NCBI GenBank assembly: GCA_017616775.1
Contig: JAFZXM010000015.1
Location: forward strand, 26,495 to 90,494
Direction of reading: 5' to 3'
Source: Bacteroidales bacterium
GTDB taxonomy: Bacteria > Bacteroidota > Bacteroidia > Bacteroidales > WCHB1-69
DNA: 64,000 nt
This document shows, in pieces, positions 1-9,751 of this stretch; the stretch's first letter is position 1; each line of letters begins with the position of its first letter. Made by a program: the position numbers and the translations under genes. The notes below the pieces were generated by a model. That model saw only the letters and a program-made list of their open reading frames with translations. It had not been told where the DNA came from and did not search any database.

Positions 1-1
1 C

Positions 2-694
2 TTACAAAAAAAAGACAATTCCTTATATCGGAGCATACTTGAAGCCAATCCTTCTACAGAACCCATCACCATGGACGAACTCACTTCCATGGCCATGGAA
101 TACAACATATCGGATAAAGATGCGCTCACCCGCTTGCAATTGAAAACCAATTGGCTCACCGCTGCAACACAACAACAATTAATATCTTACGAAGATTTAT
201 GGAAAAAAGCGCAGAACAAAGAAGAAATATTTCAGCATATTCCGGCTATATCCCCCGTCAAAAACCCGACTGTGGTATCTGGTTTCGGCAATAGATTTCA
301 TCCTATATACAAAATTCTCCGCCGACATACCGGCATAGATTTTGTGGGCAAAAAAGGAACTCCCATATACGCCACTGCCGACGGCAGAATCATCAACGGC
401 GACGGGTTGACCGGCTATGGCATTACCGTTACCATTGACCACGGAAACGGATATCAAACATTATACGCCCATTTGTCAAAAAAATTAGTACGACCGGGAC
501 AAAAGGTAAAACGAGGTGAAGTGATAGGCTATATGGGCAGTTCGGGACTGTCTTCCGGCACCCACCTGCATTATGAGGTAATAAAAGACGGTGTAAAAGT
601 AAATCCCATACACTATTTCTTTGCCGACCTTACTGCTGAAGAATATAATAAAATTTTACAACAGGCATCCCAAATCAACCAATCCATGTCTTAA
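2..694 (+). CDS. M23 (LytM-type) metallopeptidase, 5'-partial. The reading frame is open to the window edge.
   Basis: The motifs GFGNRFHPI...HTGIDF and GSSGLSSGTHLHYEV are typical of the M23 peptidase domain. There is no stop between nt 2 and the first ATG at 71. Confidence 0.8.
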   Translation, partial: LQKKDNSLYRSILEANPSTEPITMDELTSMAMEYNISDKDALTRLQLKTNWLTAATQQQLISYEDLWKKAQNKEEIFQHIPAISPVKNPTVVSGFGNRFHPIYKILRRHTGIDFVGKKGTPIYATADGRIINGDGLTGYGITVTIDHGNGYQTLYAHLSKKLVRPGQKVKRGEVIGYMGSSGLSSGTHLHYEVIKDGVKVNPIHYFFADLTAEEYNKILQQASQINQSMS

Positions 695-729
695 GCACCT
701 TCTCAAACGAGCAGGCGTTACCGGTGATT

Positions 730-1647
730 TTATTTTGCATAATCATACACGTAATACTCTTGGGCATCCACGCCTGAGTAACGTATTATTATCGTATCAT
801 AATAGGTTTGTTTTTCCTGGTTATATATTTGTTCCACATCAGACACGGTGATATACTGTATCATTTGGTGGTCTATAGGATATTGTTTTTTACAGGTATA
901 AGTATTCCGTTGTGAAATAAGTGCCCTGTCGTAGTTTTCATAACCGTTGTCATAGGATATTTGCGTTGTGGCCACATTATTTTTGCTATATCCTTTTACA
1001 TCAAACAAAGGCAACGGTAAACCGTAAAAAGGATTCCGGCTGTTATCATACGTATAACTATATGAACACAACAAGCTGGAATCTTTGCTGCTGTTAAACA
1101 AATAAGTACGCATTCGCGATACATTATCCCCGTTGTAAGTAATATATTGACGCATGTAAAGACGATTGTCTTTCCTTGTTTTTAAACCCTGTGTGTTCTT
1201 TTGTTCCGGACAGATGATATTACACAAAGATGATGCATGAGAACTTACAGAGATATAATCCAACTTGCAAATCTTATCTTTTTTGTGGGACACCTCTATC
1301 GTGGAAGACAGCTGATTATCAACATAAAACTTCACTTCTTTAAGCAATTTGTCCTCATAGGTCAATTCTGCCCTTTCGTTGGATAGTAAATCCGATATAA
1401 CAATTATTTGTTTATCCCGATTATATTCAAACATATATTCATGAGGACCGGTTTCTGCTTTCGGGTCGGTTACGGACAAGGCAACAAGCGTATTTTTATC
1501 ATATTTAAAAAAAGCCAATTGCTGCATTTGCGAGGGCATTTGCACCTTTATATATTCAATTTTCCGGGAAGGGTTGAAAATTTCTTCCTTTCGGCACGAT
1601 GCCGATAATACAAGTATAACGGTAAGATAAAATATGAAACGTTTCAT
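730..1647 (-). CDS. Hypothetical lipoprotein with degenerate YD-like repeats
   Basis: The N-terminus MKRFIFYLTVILVLSASC is a signal peptide with a lipobox Cys. Recurrent Y-x-Y-D/N motifs occur (LTYEDK, ITYNGDN, YTYDNSRNPF). No enzymatic motif was recognised. Confidence 0.55.
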   Translation of the reverse strand: MKRFIFYLTVILVLSASCRKEEIFNPSRKIEYIKVQMPSQMQQLAFFKYDKNTLVALSVTDPKAETGPHEYMFEYNRDKQIIVISDLLSNERAELTYEDKLLKEVKFYVDNQLSSTIEVSHKKDKICKLDYISVSSHASSLCNIICPEQKNTQGLKTRKDNRLYMRQYITYNGDNVSRMRTYLFNSSKDSSLLCSYSYTYDNSRNPFYGLPLPLFDVKGYSKNNVATTQISYDNGYENYDRALISQRNTYTCKKQYPIDHQMIQYITVSDVEQIYNQEKQTYYDTIIIRYSGVDAQEYYVYDYAK

Positions 1648-1698
1648 AATATTTTTAATTCTGCTATAAAAACGTAAAGATATAAAAAATATTTTGCA

Positions 1699-1706
1699 TA
1701 TCTTTG
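1699..1706 (+). promoter_or_regulatory. Bacteroidota -7 promoter box (TATCTTTG)
   Basis: Matches TAnnTTTG, 34 nt upstream of the ATG at 1740. Confidence 0.5.
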
Positions 1707-1739
1707 CGTTTTATTCAAAAAAAATAAGAGTATAACGGC

Positions 1740-4280
1740 ATGAACAAACAAATAGGAATTATATTATTACTGACAATTGCTCTATTGCCCGTTTTTGCCA
1801 CTCACGAACGTGCCGGAGATATTACTTATAAACACATTTCCGGTCTTACTTACGAAATCAACCTTGTAACCTATACCTATTCTGTCAGTCCCGCCGACAG
1901 GCCAAGTATGACCATCAACTTCGGAGACGGAACAAGTGACGATGTGATGCGATATAGACAAGACTATTTGGGAAATTATATCAATTGCAACTATTATACA
2001 TGCAGGCACACCTACCCTTCATCTGGTTCGTACACCATTTCCACCGAAGACCCTGACCGTAACCAAGGAATAGTTAATATTCCCAATTCGGTAAATATTC
2101 CGTTTTATATAGAAACCACTATCACCATTAACAATTTTCTTGTTCCCAACAATTCTCCCGTTCTCACCAACCCTCCTATAGAATTCGGGTGTGTAGGCTC
2201 TCCGTTTTATTACAATCCCGTTGCCATAGATCCTGATGGTGACAGTTTAGCCTATTCTTTAGTTGCATGCCGCGGCACCAACGGAGATACCATTCCGGGG
2301 TACAGCCTGCCGATTGCGGCCCGTTACATCCGTATAGATGCCGTTACCGGTGATTTGGAATGGGATTATCCCATGGCTCAAGGCGAATATAATATAGCCA
2401 TACTCATAGAAGAATATCGTAAAGGTGTGAAAATAAGTTCCATTATACGTGACATGCAAATCACCATCACCGCCTGTGACAATCAACCGCCCGTGATTCA
2501 CTGCGTATTGGACACTTGCGTGGATGCCGGAGACTATTTGCATTTTGATGTCACCGCTACGGACAATCCCGTTCAAATAATCACGCTCAGTGCCATGAGC
2601 GAGATTTTCTCCTTACCCGATCCCGCCCGTTTTTCCATCATAAGCGGAACATCCCCCGTTACCAATCAATTTGAATGGTACACATCGTGCGAACATGTTC
2701 GCAAACAACCTTATCTGGTTACCTTTAAAGCGCGTGACAACGGTCAACCCATCGCTCTCACCCACACCCTTACGGCAAGCATCACCGTGGTAGCGCCGGC
2801 ACCGCAACAGCTTCAAGCTCACGCTTTTGAAAACAGCATAGCGCTGTCATGGCAGCCTTCTCCATGTCATGCTTATGCCAAAGGATACAAAATATACAGG
2901 CGCATTGCTCCTTCCGGATATATTCCTTCACATTGTCAAACCGGCATTCCCAAAGAAACGGGATATACACTTATTGCCACCATAGGCAATGATACTTCTT
3001 ACATAGACAATAATCAAGGGAAAGGCTTGCTGCACGCTACAGAATATTGTTATATGGTGATAGCCTATTTTGCCGACGGCAGCGAAAGTTATGCTTCCAA
3101 CGAAGCATGCAACATGCTCGTCAACACTATTCCCATTATCACCAATGTAAGCATACTCCACACCCGCCAAGATTCAGGATTGATAGATATACAATGGATA
3201 ATACCCCAAAATATTGACAGCATACAATATCCCAAACCCTATACGCTGTCTCTATATGGAAGCATACGGGATACCAACCATTACCTGCTGCTGGCCAACA
3301 GCACATCATTACAATACACTCACACGCAGCAAAATACAACAGAAAACCAATTTTATTATAAAATAGCACTTCTGGATAGCAATAACTTTTTAATAGGCTA
3401 TTCCGATATGAGCTCCTCCATTTATTTATCGGCCCTTGCTGGAGACAAAAGTGCCTGTCTGCATTGGAATTCCACTACTCCATGGACCAATTACAACTAT
3501 ATCATCCAACAATATGACAGCATCACCGGCAACTATATCAACATTGATTCCACCAACGACACCAATATCACCATCCGCGGTTTGCTCAATGAACAAACCT
3601 ATGCTTTCCGCATATTATCCTTAGGAAGTTATTCCGATACCACCATTCGAACGCCCTTAATGAATTATTCTCAAACCGTTTACATCACACCCATAGACCG
3701 GCAAGCGCCTCCCTGCCCTGATATGGAAGGCTATACCGATTGTGAAAATGTATATCTGCAATGGAATTTAAACGACAGCGTTCATGATATTGATTACTAC
3801 TATATTCATTACAAACCGGACAACAACAGTCCGTTTGTTAAAATTGACAGCATATGCTATCCCGAAAACACATATCAATTGCTGCACCCCGTATCGGTAA
3901 TAGGATGTTTTGCCATTTCGGCCATAGACAGCAATGGCAATGAAAGTGACCTGTGTTCACAAATTTGTTTTGACACGGATTTATGCTCCCGCTATCGTTT
4001 ACCCAATATATTCACCCCCGACGGTTCTTGTGAGGGGGCACCTTGTTTGTATCGTCCTTATGACTACAATTTTGTAGAAAGCATACAACTCACCATATAC
4101 AATCGCTGGGGCGATATTGTATTCCGGACACAAAATCCGGACATATTGTGGGATGGCAACAACACCATGGGAAAACCCTGCTCCGACGGCGTTTATTACT
4201 ATGTGTGCGATGTTTACGAATACTCCTTGCAAGGAATTATCAAAAGAAATTTATCAGGTTCAATCACAATAATAAGATAA
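1740..4280 (+). CDS. Large secreted protein with a T9SS type-B (gliding-motility-associated) C-terminal sorting domain
   Basis: Has an N-terminal signal peptide and an HERAGDITY N-terminal motif. The middle looks FN3-like. The C-terminus (YRLPNIFTPDG...NRWGDIVF...WDGN...GVYYYVCDV) is typical of the CHU_C/type-B CTD. Confidence 0.8.
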   Translation: MNKQIGIILLLTIALLPVFATHERAGDITYKHISGLTYEINLVTYTYSVSPADRPSMTINFGDGTSDDVMRYRQDYLGNYINCNYYTCRHTYPSSGSYTISTEDPDRNQGIVNIPNSVNIPFYIETTITINNFLVPNNSPVLTNPPIEFGCVGSPFYYNPVAIDPDGDSLAYSLVACRGTNGDTIPGYSLPIAARYIRIDAVTGDLEWDYPMAQGEYNIAILIEEYRKGVKISSIIRDMQITITACDNQPPVIHCVLDTCVDAGDYLHFDVTATDNPVQIITLSAMSEIFSLPDPARFSIISGTSPVTNQFEWYTSCEHVRKQPYLVTFKARDNGQPIALTHTLTASITVVAPAPQQLQAHAFENSIALSWQPSPCHAYAKGYKIYRRIAPSGYIPSHCQTGIPKETGYTLIATIGNDTSYIDNNQGKGLLHATEYCYMVIAYFADGSESYASNEACNMLVNTIPIITNVSILHTRQDSGLIDIQWIIPQNIDSIQYPKPYTLSLYGSIRDTNHYLLLANSTSLQYTHTQQNTTENQFYYKIALLDSNNFLIGYSDMSSSIYLSALAGDKSACLHWNSTTPWTNYNYIIQQYDSITGNYINIDSTNDTNITIRGLLNEQTYAFRILSLGSYSDTTIRTPLMNYSQTVYITPIDRQAPPCPDMEGYTDCENVYLQWNLNDSVHDIDYYYIHYKPDNNSPFVKIDSICYPENTYQLLHPVSVIGCFAISAIDSNGNESDLCSQICFDTDLCSRYRLPNIFTPDGSCEGAPCLYRPYDYNFVESIQLTIYNRWGDIVFRTQNPDILWDGNNTMGKPCSDGVYYYVCDVYEYSLQGIIKRNLSGSITIIR

Positions 4281-4283
4281 CAA

Positions 4284-4892
4284 ATGTTTACAGGAATAGT
4301 AGAAAAAACAGGCAAAGTAGTTGACATTATACAAGACAAAACCAACGTACATTTCGGCATAGCCGTTGATTTTATCAACGAGCTCAAGATAGACCAAAGC
4401 ATGAGCCATGACGGATGTTGCTTAACTGTGGTAAAAACAGACATGGAAAAGGGCATTTATTATGTCACCGCTATGCAAGAAACCCTATTGAAGACCAATT
4501 TGAAATCTTGGCAAATAGGATATGAAGTCAATTTAGAGCGTAGCATGAAGATGGACGGTCGTTTTGACGGACATATAGTGCAAGGTCATGTGGACCAAAC
4601 AGCCACATGCACCAAAGTGGTGGATGAAAATGGCAGTTGGAGATATTATTTTGATTATAAAACCGATGACAACAACATCACCGTTCCCAAAGGTTCCATT
4701 TGTGTTAACGGAGTAAGTTTAACCGTAGTGGATTCTTTACCGGGACAATTTTCCGTAGCCATTATCCCATACACCCAAAAAGTAACCAATTTCCATAATT
4801 TCAAAGTCGGAACCATTGTCAATATAGAATTTGATATTTTCGGCAAATATGTCTCCCGGCTTTTGGAACAATATATGCAACAACAGCAATAG
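4284..4892 (+). CDS. ribE: Riboflavin synthase alpha subunit
   Basis: Contains MFTGIVE...SHDGCCLTV...NLERS...GHIVQGHVD and the duplicated lumazine-binding repeat. Confidence 0.9.
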   Translation: MFTGIVEKTGKVVDIIQDKTNVHFGIAVDFINELKIDQSMSHDGCCLTVVKTDMEKGIYYVTAMQETLLKTNLKSWQIGYEVNLERSMKMDGRFDGHIVQGHVDQTATCTKVVDENGSWRYYFDYKTDDNNITVPKGSICVNGVSLTVVDSLPGQFSVAIIPYTQKVTNFHNFKVGTIVNIEFDIFGKYVSRLLEQYMQQQQ

Positions 4893-4983
4893 ATTATTTT
4901 CCTGCGATACTTAAAAAGCCTTACTCTTTACAATAAGGCCGGCGGAAACATAAAACACGATAGTTTCATTAGTCGTTGAAAAT

Positions 4984-5015
4984 AAAAAAAGGTTCCTGAA
5001 AGGAACCTTTTTTTT
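4984..5015. terminator. Bidirectional rho-independent terminator between the convergent genes ribE and gdhA
   Basis: The sequence is AAAAAAA-GGTTCC-tgaaa-GGAACC-TTTTTTTT: a perfect stem flanked by an A-run and a T-run. Confidence 0.7.
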
Positions 5016-5033
5016 ATGATACGGCATATCCGA

Positions 5034-6377
5034 TTAGATAATACCTTGAGCTAACATTGCATTGGCTACTCTCATAAAGCCTGCTATATTGGCACCGTTA
5101 ACATAGTTGATGCTGCCATCAGCTTGTTTGCCATATTGAACGCACATGTCATAAATGTCGTTCATAATTTTGTGCAATTTAGCATCTACTTCAGGAGCAG
5201 TCCAGTTGATGTGACCTGCATTTTGGCAGATTTCCAAACCGGAAGTGGCAACGCCGCCGGCGTTAACAGCTTTACCTGGAGCAAATGGAACACCTGCTGC
5301 CTGGAATGCTGCGATAGCACCAGGTTGGCAACCCATGTTGGAAACTTCTGCTACATATTTAACGCCATTAGCAATAAGTTGTTTGGCATCTTCTTCTGAC
5401 ATTTCATTTTGGAATGCACAAGGACAAGCTATATCACATTTTACGCTCCACGCTTTTTTACCGGGGGTAAAGATAGCTTTTCCGGGGAATTTGTCAGCCA
5501 TATCTTGTACTTTGTTTCTACGTGAATCACGCATTACAAGCATATAATCTATCATTTCCCGGTTTACACCTTCGGGCAATTCGCACACACCGTCAGGACC
5601 GGACAATGCAACCACTTTTGCACCGAGTTCCGTAGCTTTGGTTGCTGCGCCCCATGCTACATTACCAAAACCTGAAAGGGCTATTTTCTTGCCTTCCATT
5701 TTGTCGTTTTGTTGTTTAACCATACGTTCTACATAATAGATGGCACCAAAACCGGTAGCTTCGGGACGAATCAAAGAACCACCCCAGCCGTATGATTTAC
5801 CGGTCAATGCACCTGTACTGTGTTCGCGTGCTAATTTTTTGTAGGCACCGTATAAGTAACCGATTTCGCGGCCACCAACGCCAACGTCACCTGCAGGGCT
5901 GTCTTGGTCTGCACCTATATTTCTCCACAATTCATACATGAATGCTTGGCAGAAACGCATGATTTCAGCATCTGACTTACCGGTCGGGTCGAAATCTGCA
6001 CCGCCTTTGCCACCGCCAAGAGGCAGATTGGTCAAAGAATTTTTGAAGATTTGTTCAAAACCTAAAAATTTAAGCATTGAAACATTAACAGCAGGATGGA
6101 AACGCAAACCACCTTTGTATGCACCCAAAGCGGCATTGTATTGTACTCTGTAACCCAAATTGGTTTGTACTTCACCTTTATCATCCACCCATGTTACACG
6201 GAATGTGAAAATACGGTCGGGTTCAACAAGACGTTCAATGATTTTTGCTTTTTCAAATTCAGGGTGTTGATTGTAAACACCTTCAATAGAAACAAGCACT
6301 TCTTCCACTGCTTGTAAGTATTCTTTTTCACCAGGATGTTTGGCTTCCAATTGAGCCATTATTTTTTTTACTTCCAT
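5034..6377 (-). CDS. gdhA: NADP-specific glutamate dehydrogenase
   Basis: The full-length 447-aa product carries the GDH signature (LPLGGGKGGADFDP) and a GFGNVAWG Rossmann motif. Confidence 0.95.
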   Translation of the reverse strand: MEVKKIMAQLEAKHPGEKEYLQAVEEVLVSIEGVYNQHPEFEKAKIIERLVEPDRIFTFRVTWVDDKGEVQTNLGYRVQYNAALGAYKGGLRFHPAVNVSMLKFLGFEQIFKNSLTNLPLGGGKGGADFDPTGKSDAEIMRFCQAFMYELWRNIGADQDSPAGDVGVGGREIGYLYGAYKKLAREHSTGALTGKSYGWGGSLIRPEATGFGAIYYVERMVKQQNDKMEGKKIALSGFGNVAWGAATKATELGAKVVALSGPDGVCELPEGVNREMIDYMLVMRDSRRNKVQDMADKFPGKAIFTPGKKAWSVKCDIACPCAFQNEMSEEDAKQLIANGVKYVAEVSNMGCQPGAIAAFQAAGVPFAPGKAVNAGGVATSGLEICQNAGHINWTAPEVDAKLHKIMNDIYDMCVQYGKQADGSINYVNGANIAGFMRVANAMLAQGII

Positions 6378-6445
6378 AACGTTATTTTATTAAAAATTTT
6401 TAAATTTATATTTCAATTTTATCCCTGTGACGGGATTGAGTCTTG

Positions 6446-6453
6446 CAAAGGTA
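6446..6453 (-). promoter_or_regulatory. -7 promoter box (TACCTTTG on the minus strand) for gdhA
   Basis: Matches TAnnTTTG, about 70 nt upstream of the gdhA ATG. Confidence 0.45.
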
Positions 6454-6547
6454 AAATATTTATTTAAACCTTTTATCTTTTTGATAAAGATTTTTTTTTC
6501 GTTATTTCATATTGTATTTCAGAAGTTTATAATAAAAAAGATTTTTT

Positions 6548-7972
6548 TCAACGTCTATTTTTTTCACCCAGAGCAGGAAAAATGGTAAAAATTTGCATCA
6601 ATAATCCTTCCGAAGGGGATTTGGCAGGATAAGACACAATTTTTCCTTCCGAATCTATAAGCACACCCAAAGGCAAGGCATAGGCTTTATAAGCGTCAAT
6701 AAACGAAAAATCACCGTTGCAATGTAAAAAAGTCCAGTCAAATTCCTGAAATTCGCTCACAAAATGATATAACTTGGAATATTCAAAATCCAACATCACA
6801 CTCACCACTTCCAAACTATCTTTATATTGGCGGTACAAATCTTTTAATATCAGCATTTCCCGTATAGACGACGCGCTATAGGTTGCAAACAATTGCATAT
6901 AAACATATTTCCCTTTGAAATCGTGCAAATGCACTTCGTTGTTATACACATCTCTCAAACAGAAATCAGGAGCCCTGGAGCCTGTACGCAATGTCGTACA
7001 TGCTGCTATCATGTTATCTGCCATCAGTTTATGTTCTTCAAACTTGGTACAGGCCTTCAACTGTTGCAATAAATGCAATATATTATAATTATTAAACTCA
7101 TCATTATCATACAATTCACCCAAGCCCAAGATAATCACCATCTCTCTGATGATCTCGTTGACCAAAAGAGGGTCGGCTCCCATATCATCAAACAATTTGT
7201 AATAATTGCGTTTTTTATTAATATCATCATGCAAGGTGCTTACTGCAATATATTTGGATGCCCCGTATATGTGATTTTCGAAAAAATGATGAAAAAAATC
7301 CATATAGGCAATATTGTTATAATGCACATATTCGCCGGAAAGATATTGCTGATATACTTTTTCTTTTTCTTTGGAATAATACAGCAAATCCAAATCGGCG
7401 TATCTGTAATGGATATAAGCGGAATAATAATTTGTCGGTATATATTCATCAGGGAAACGCGTTTTGAGCAATTGTAACAGGCTGTCATACACTGTTTCTT
7501 CCACCCCCCGCAACAAGGCATCGCCAAAAGTATCCAAAAAATAATTATAATATTTGTTAAACCTCCATATTTTACAATTCAATTCAGCAGTATCGATATG
7601 CACGAATTGTATATGCAAATAGTTACCGAGCATATCGGCGTCTATACGCCCTATCAAGGCGGAATCGGTAGTGATATTAATGTTATAACTATGACCCGGT
7701 TCCACTATCAAAGAGCCATAGGTATTGTTATAGGCTATTTCTATGGGTGTGGTTTCCTGCAATTGCAATTGCATGCTGAAATGGCCGTCTTCATCCACCT
7801 CGGCATGTTGGATTTCTTGTTTTTGATACGATATTCTGTCTTGGTACACATATATGCGCACCACCCCCCGGTTGGCAAATGCAAGCCTGCCTTGTAAGCT
7901 TACAGGCTTTACGGCATACAGCACCGAAAGCATACTCATGCACACCAAAACAATCCAAATTTTCCGCATCAT
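6548..7972 (-). CDS. Secreted protein with a C-terminal TlpA/redoxin-like thioredoxin fold that lacks the CxxC motif
   Basis: Has a signal peptide. The C-terminal 140 aa align by eye to the TlpA layout (APDFxL...G+YVY..FxATxxxxS..EM...L), but with SASS where WCGPC is expected. Confidence 0.6.
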   Translation of the reverse strand: MMRKIWIVLVCMSMLSVLYAVKPVSLQGRLAFANRGVVRIYVYQDRISYQKQEIQHAEVDEDGHFSMQLQLQETTPIEIAYNNTYGSLIVEPGHSYNINITTDSALIGRIDADMLGNYLHIQFVHIDTAELNCKIWRFNKYYNYFLDTFGDALLRGVEETVYDSLLQLLKTRFPDEYIPTNYYSAYIHYRYADLDLLYYSKEKEKVYQQYLSGEYVHYNNIAYMDFFHHFFENHIYGASKYIAVSTLHDDINKKRNYYKLFDDMGADPLLVNEIIREMVIILGLGELYDNDEFNNYNILHLLQQLKACTKFEEHKLMADNMIAACTTLRTGSRAPDFCLRDVYNNEVHLHDFKGKYVYMQLFATYSASSIREMLILKDLYRQYKDSLEVVSVMLDFEYSKLYHFVSEFQEFDWTFLHCNGDFSFIDAYKAYALPLGVLIDSEGKIVSYPAKSPSEGLLMQIFTIFPALGEKNRR

Positions 7973-8463
7973 CTGTTTTTATATTTCATTATATCCGCAT
8001 ATACCGCCTGCGGAACAAACGCTTTCACATCCCCGCCATGGTGCAGTATTTCCCTCACTGCCGATGAGGACACCCCTATATGCTCCGGCATAGCCGGCAA
8101 CCATATTGTTTGTATTTGGCTGCACAACAATCTGTTAGCTTGCGCCATATTGTATTCCGTATCATAATCCATGGCCGAACGCACACCTCTCACTATATAC
8201 GATATTTGATTCTGCATGCAAAATTGCATGGTAAGCCCCTGATAAGAACATATTTTTATATTGGGAACGTGGGCAAACACCTTTTTCAGCATATTCACTC
8301 TTTCGTCTAAAGCAAACAAAGTGTGCTTTTGCATATTATCGCCTACTGCCACTATGAGGGTGTCAAATATATCCGCTGCACGCAAAGCTATACTTTCGTG
8401 CCCTATGGTTACGGGATCAAAACTGCCGGCCAACAAAGCTGTTTTATCGTTGCTGTTTTCCAT
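7969..8463 (-). CDS. coaD: Phosphopantetheine adenylyltransferase
   Basis: Contains the GSFDPVTIGH motif and is about 160 aa. It overlaps the downstream gene by 4 nt (ATGA). Confidence 0.9.
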   Translation of the reverse strand: MENSNDKTALLAGSFDPVTIGHESIALRAADIFDTLIVAVGDNMQKHTLFALDERVNMLKKVFAHVPNIKICSYQGLTMQFCMQNQISYIVRGVRSAMDYDTEYNMAQANRLLCSQIQTIWLPAMPEHIGVSSSAVREILHHGGDVKAFVPQAVYADIMKYKNR

Positions 8464-9550
8464 TTACCTTAATATTTTTAATTGCTCCTGTAACCGCATC
8501 CATTTCGCCTTGCATTGCACTGCCGTCCATTTGCAAAACGCTTCCGTATTGTGCAACGGGAATCATGCCCATATATTGTTTCTCCTTTCCGTTTTCCATA
8601 AGCCACACCTGATAACAAGCCGGATTACAATAATTGAAAGCATGTTTTACTTTGGACAATGCACGCTCTTGAGGGCTGTCCGACCGTTTTAATTTAAGCG
8701 TATAATCTTTTTGCCCTTCCTGCCGGGTATAATGCGGTATCACGCCTTCGTTATCGGATACTGTCAACAGCGGACATATTATTTCATCGGCATAATCCTC
8801 CGAAGGAAATGAAAAGATATAATCGTACTCCTCATTTTCGGTTTGTACATAACCCGTAAACAAAATCACCAATTCAGCCTCCCGTTGTTTGAGCTCCTGC
8901 AGCATCAACTCCAAATTGGAATAATCCGATTCATGGAATCCCGATATCAAATCATAATAATCGGAACGTATATCTTCAATTTCGTCTATAACCTCGGAAG
9001 CCATTTGGCTGCTGGGTTTAGCCACCCAATGTGATGTCACCCGCGCTTGTTTCACCATCACGCTATCCTCCATCACCTCTATATAGGAGGTATCGTATTG
9101 CAACATCATATCAGCAGCTTTATACCTATAAAACTTATTGTCAAACGACTGCATATCTTGCTCAAAATCGAATACCTGAACATTCTCATCCGCCTGACTC
9201 ACGCCCATATTAACCAACATGCCTTTATTGGCCAGCTGGGAAAACATGGGATGCGATATGGAGATAGGATATATTTTGGAGGTATCGGGCATGGATAATA
9301 CATTCAATTGCACGTGCGACAATGCATATTGCACATCATTTTCCCGTATAACCGGAGCGGATACACCGCTAAGATCTTGGGCATAATCGGCAAAGGGACC
9401 TTTATGATAAATATATTCTGACACCCGCACCTTTACCTTGAGTGCATTTTTTGGCAAAGCATAACTATATCCTTTGGCAGATTGACCGTAAGTAACACCT
9501 GCCGAAAATATTATACACGCCAATGCTATATAAGATTTTAACTTCATCAT
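8444..9550 (-). CDS. Hypothetical secreted protein
   Basis: Has the signal peptide MMKLKSYIALACIIFSAGVTYGQ and overlaps the coaD start by 20 nt. No motif was recognised. Confidence 0.55.
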   Translation of the reverse strand: MMKLKSYIALACIIFSAGVTYGQSAKGYSYALPKNALKVKVRVSEYIYHKGPFADYAQDLSGVSAPVIRENDVQYALSHVQLNVLSMPDTSKIYPISISHPMFSQLANKGMLVNMGVSQADENVQVFDFEQDMQSFDNKFYRYKAADMMLQYDTSYIEVMEDSVMVKQARVTSHWVAKPSSQMASEVIDEIEDIRSDYYDLISGFHESDYSNLELMLQELKQREAELVILFTGYVQTENEEYDYIFSFPSEDYADEIICPLLTVSDNEGVIPHYTRQEGQKDYTLKLKRSDSPQERALSKVKHAFNYCNPACYQVWLMENGKEKQYMGMIPVAQYGSVLQMDGSAMQGEMDAVTGAIKNIKVNGKQQR

Positions 9551-9569
9551 TACTATACAATATAATGTG

Positions 9570-9577
9570 CAAAAGTA
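9570..9577 (-). promoter_or_regulatory. -7 promoter box (TACTTTTG on the minus strand)
   Basis: Matches TAnnTTTG, 20 nt upstream of the ATG at 9550. Confidence 0.4.
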
Positions 9578-9706
9578 TCATTTTTTTTGTAGTTTTCCGC
9601 CTTACCCGCTAATTATTTTATGCAAAAGCCCTGCTCTATTGAGTTTATTCTTGCATTTTTCCGCAAAAAAAATTTAACTTTCACCATTACAAAAAAGCAA
9701 AAATGT

Positions 9707-9714
9707 TATCTTTG
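9707..9714 (+). promoter_or_regulatory. -7 promoter box (TATCTTTG)
   Basis: Matches TAnnTTTG, 38 nt upstream of the ATG at 9752. Confidence 0.5.
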
Positions 9715-9751
9715 CAAATTCTGAAATATACAATTAAACACTTGTTTGACA

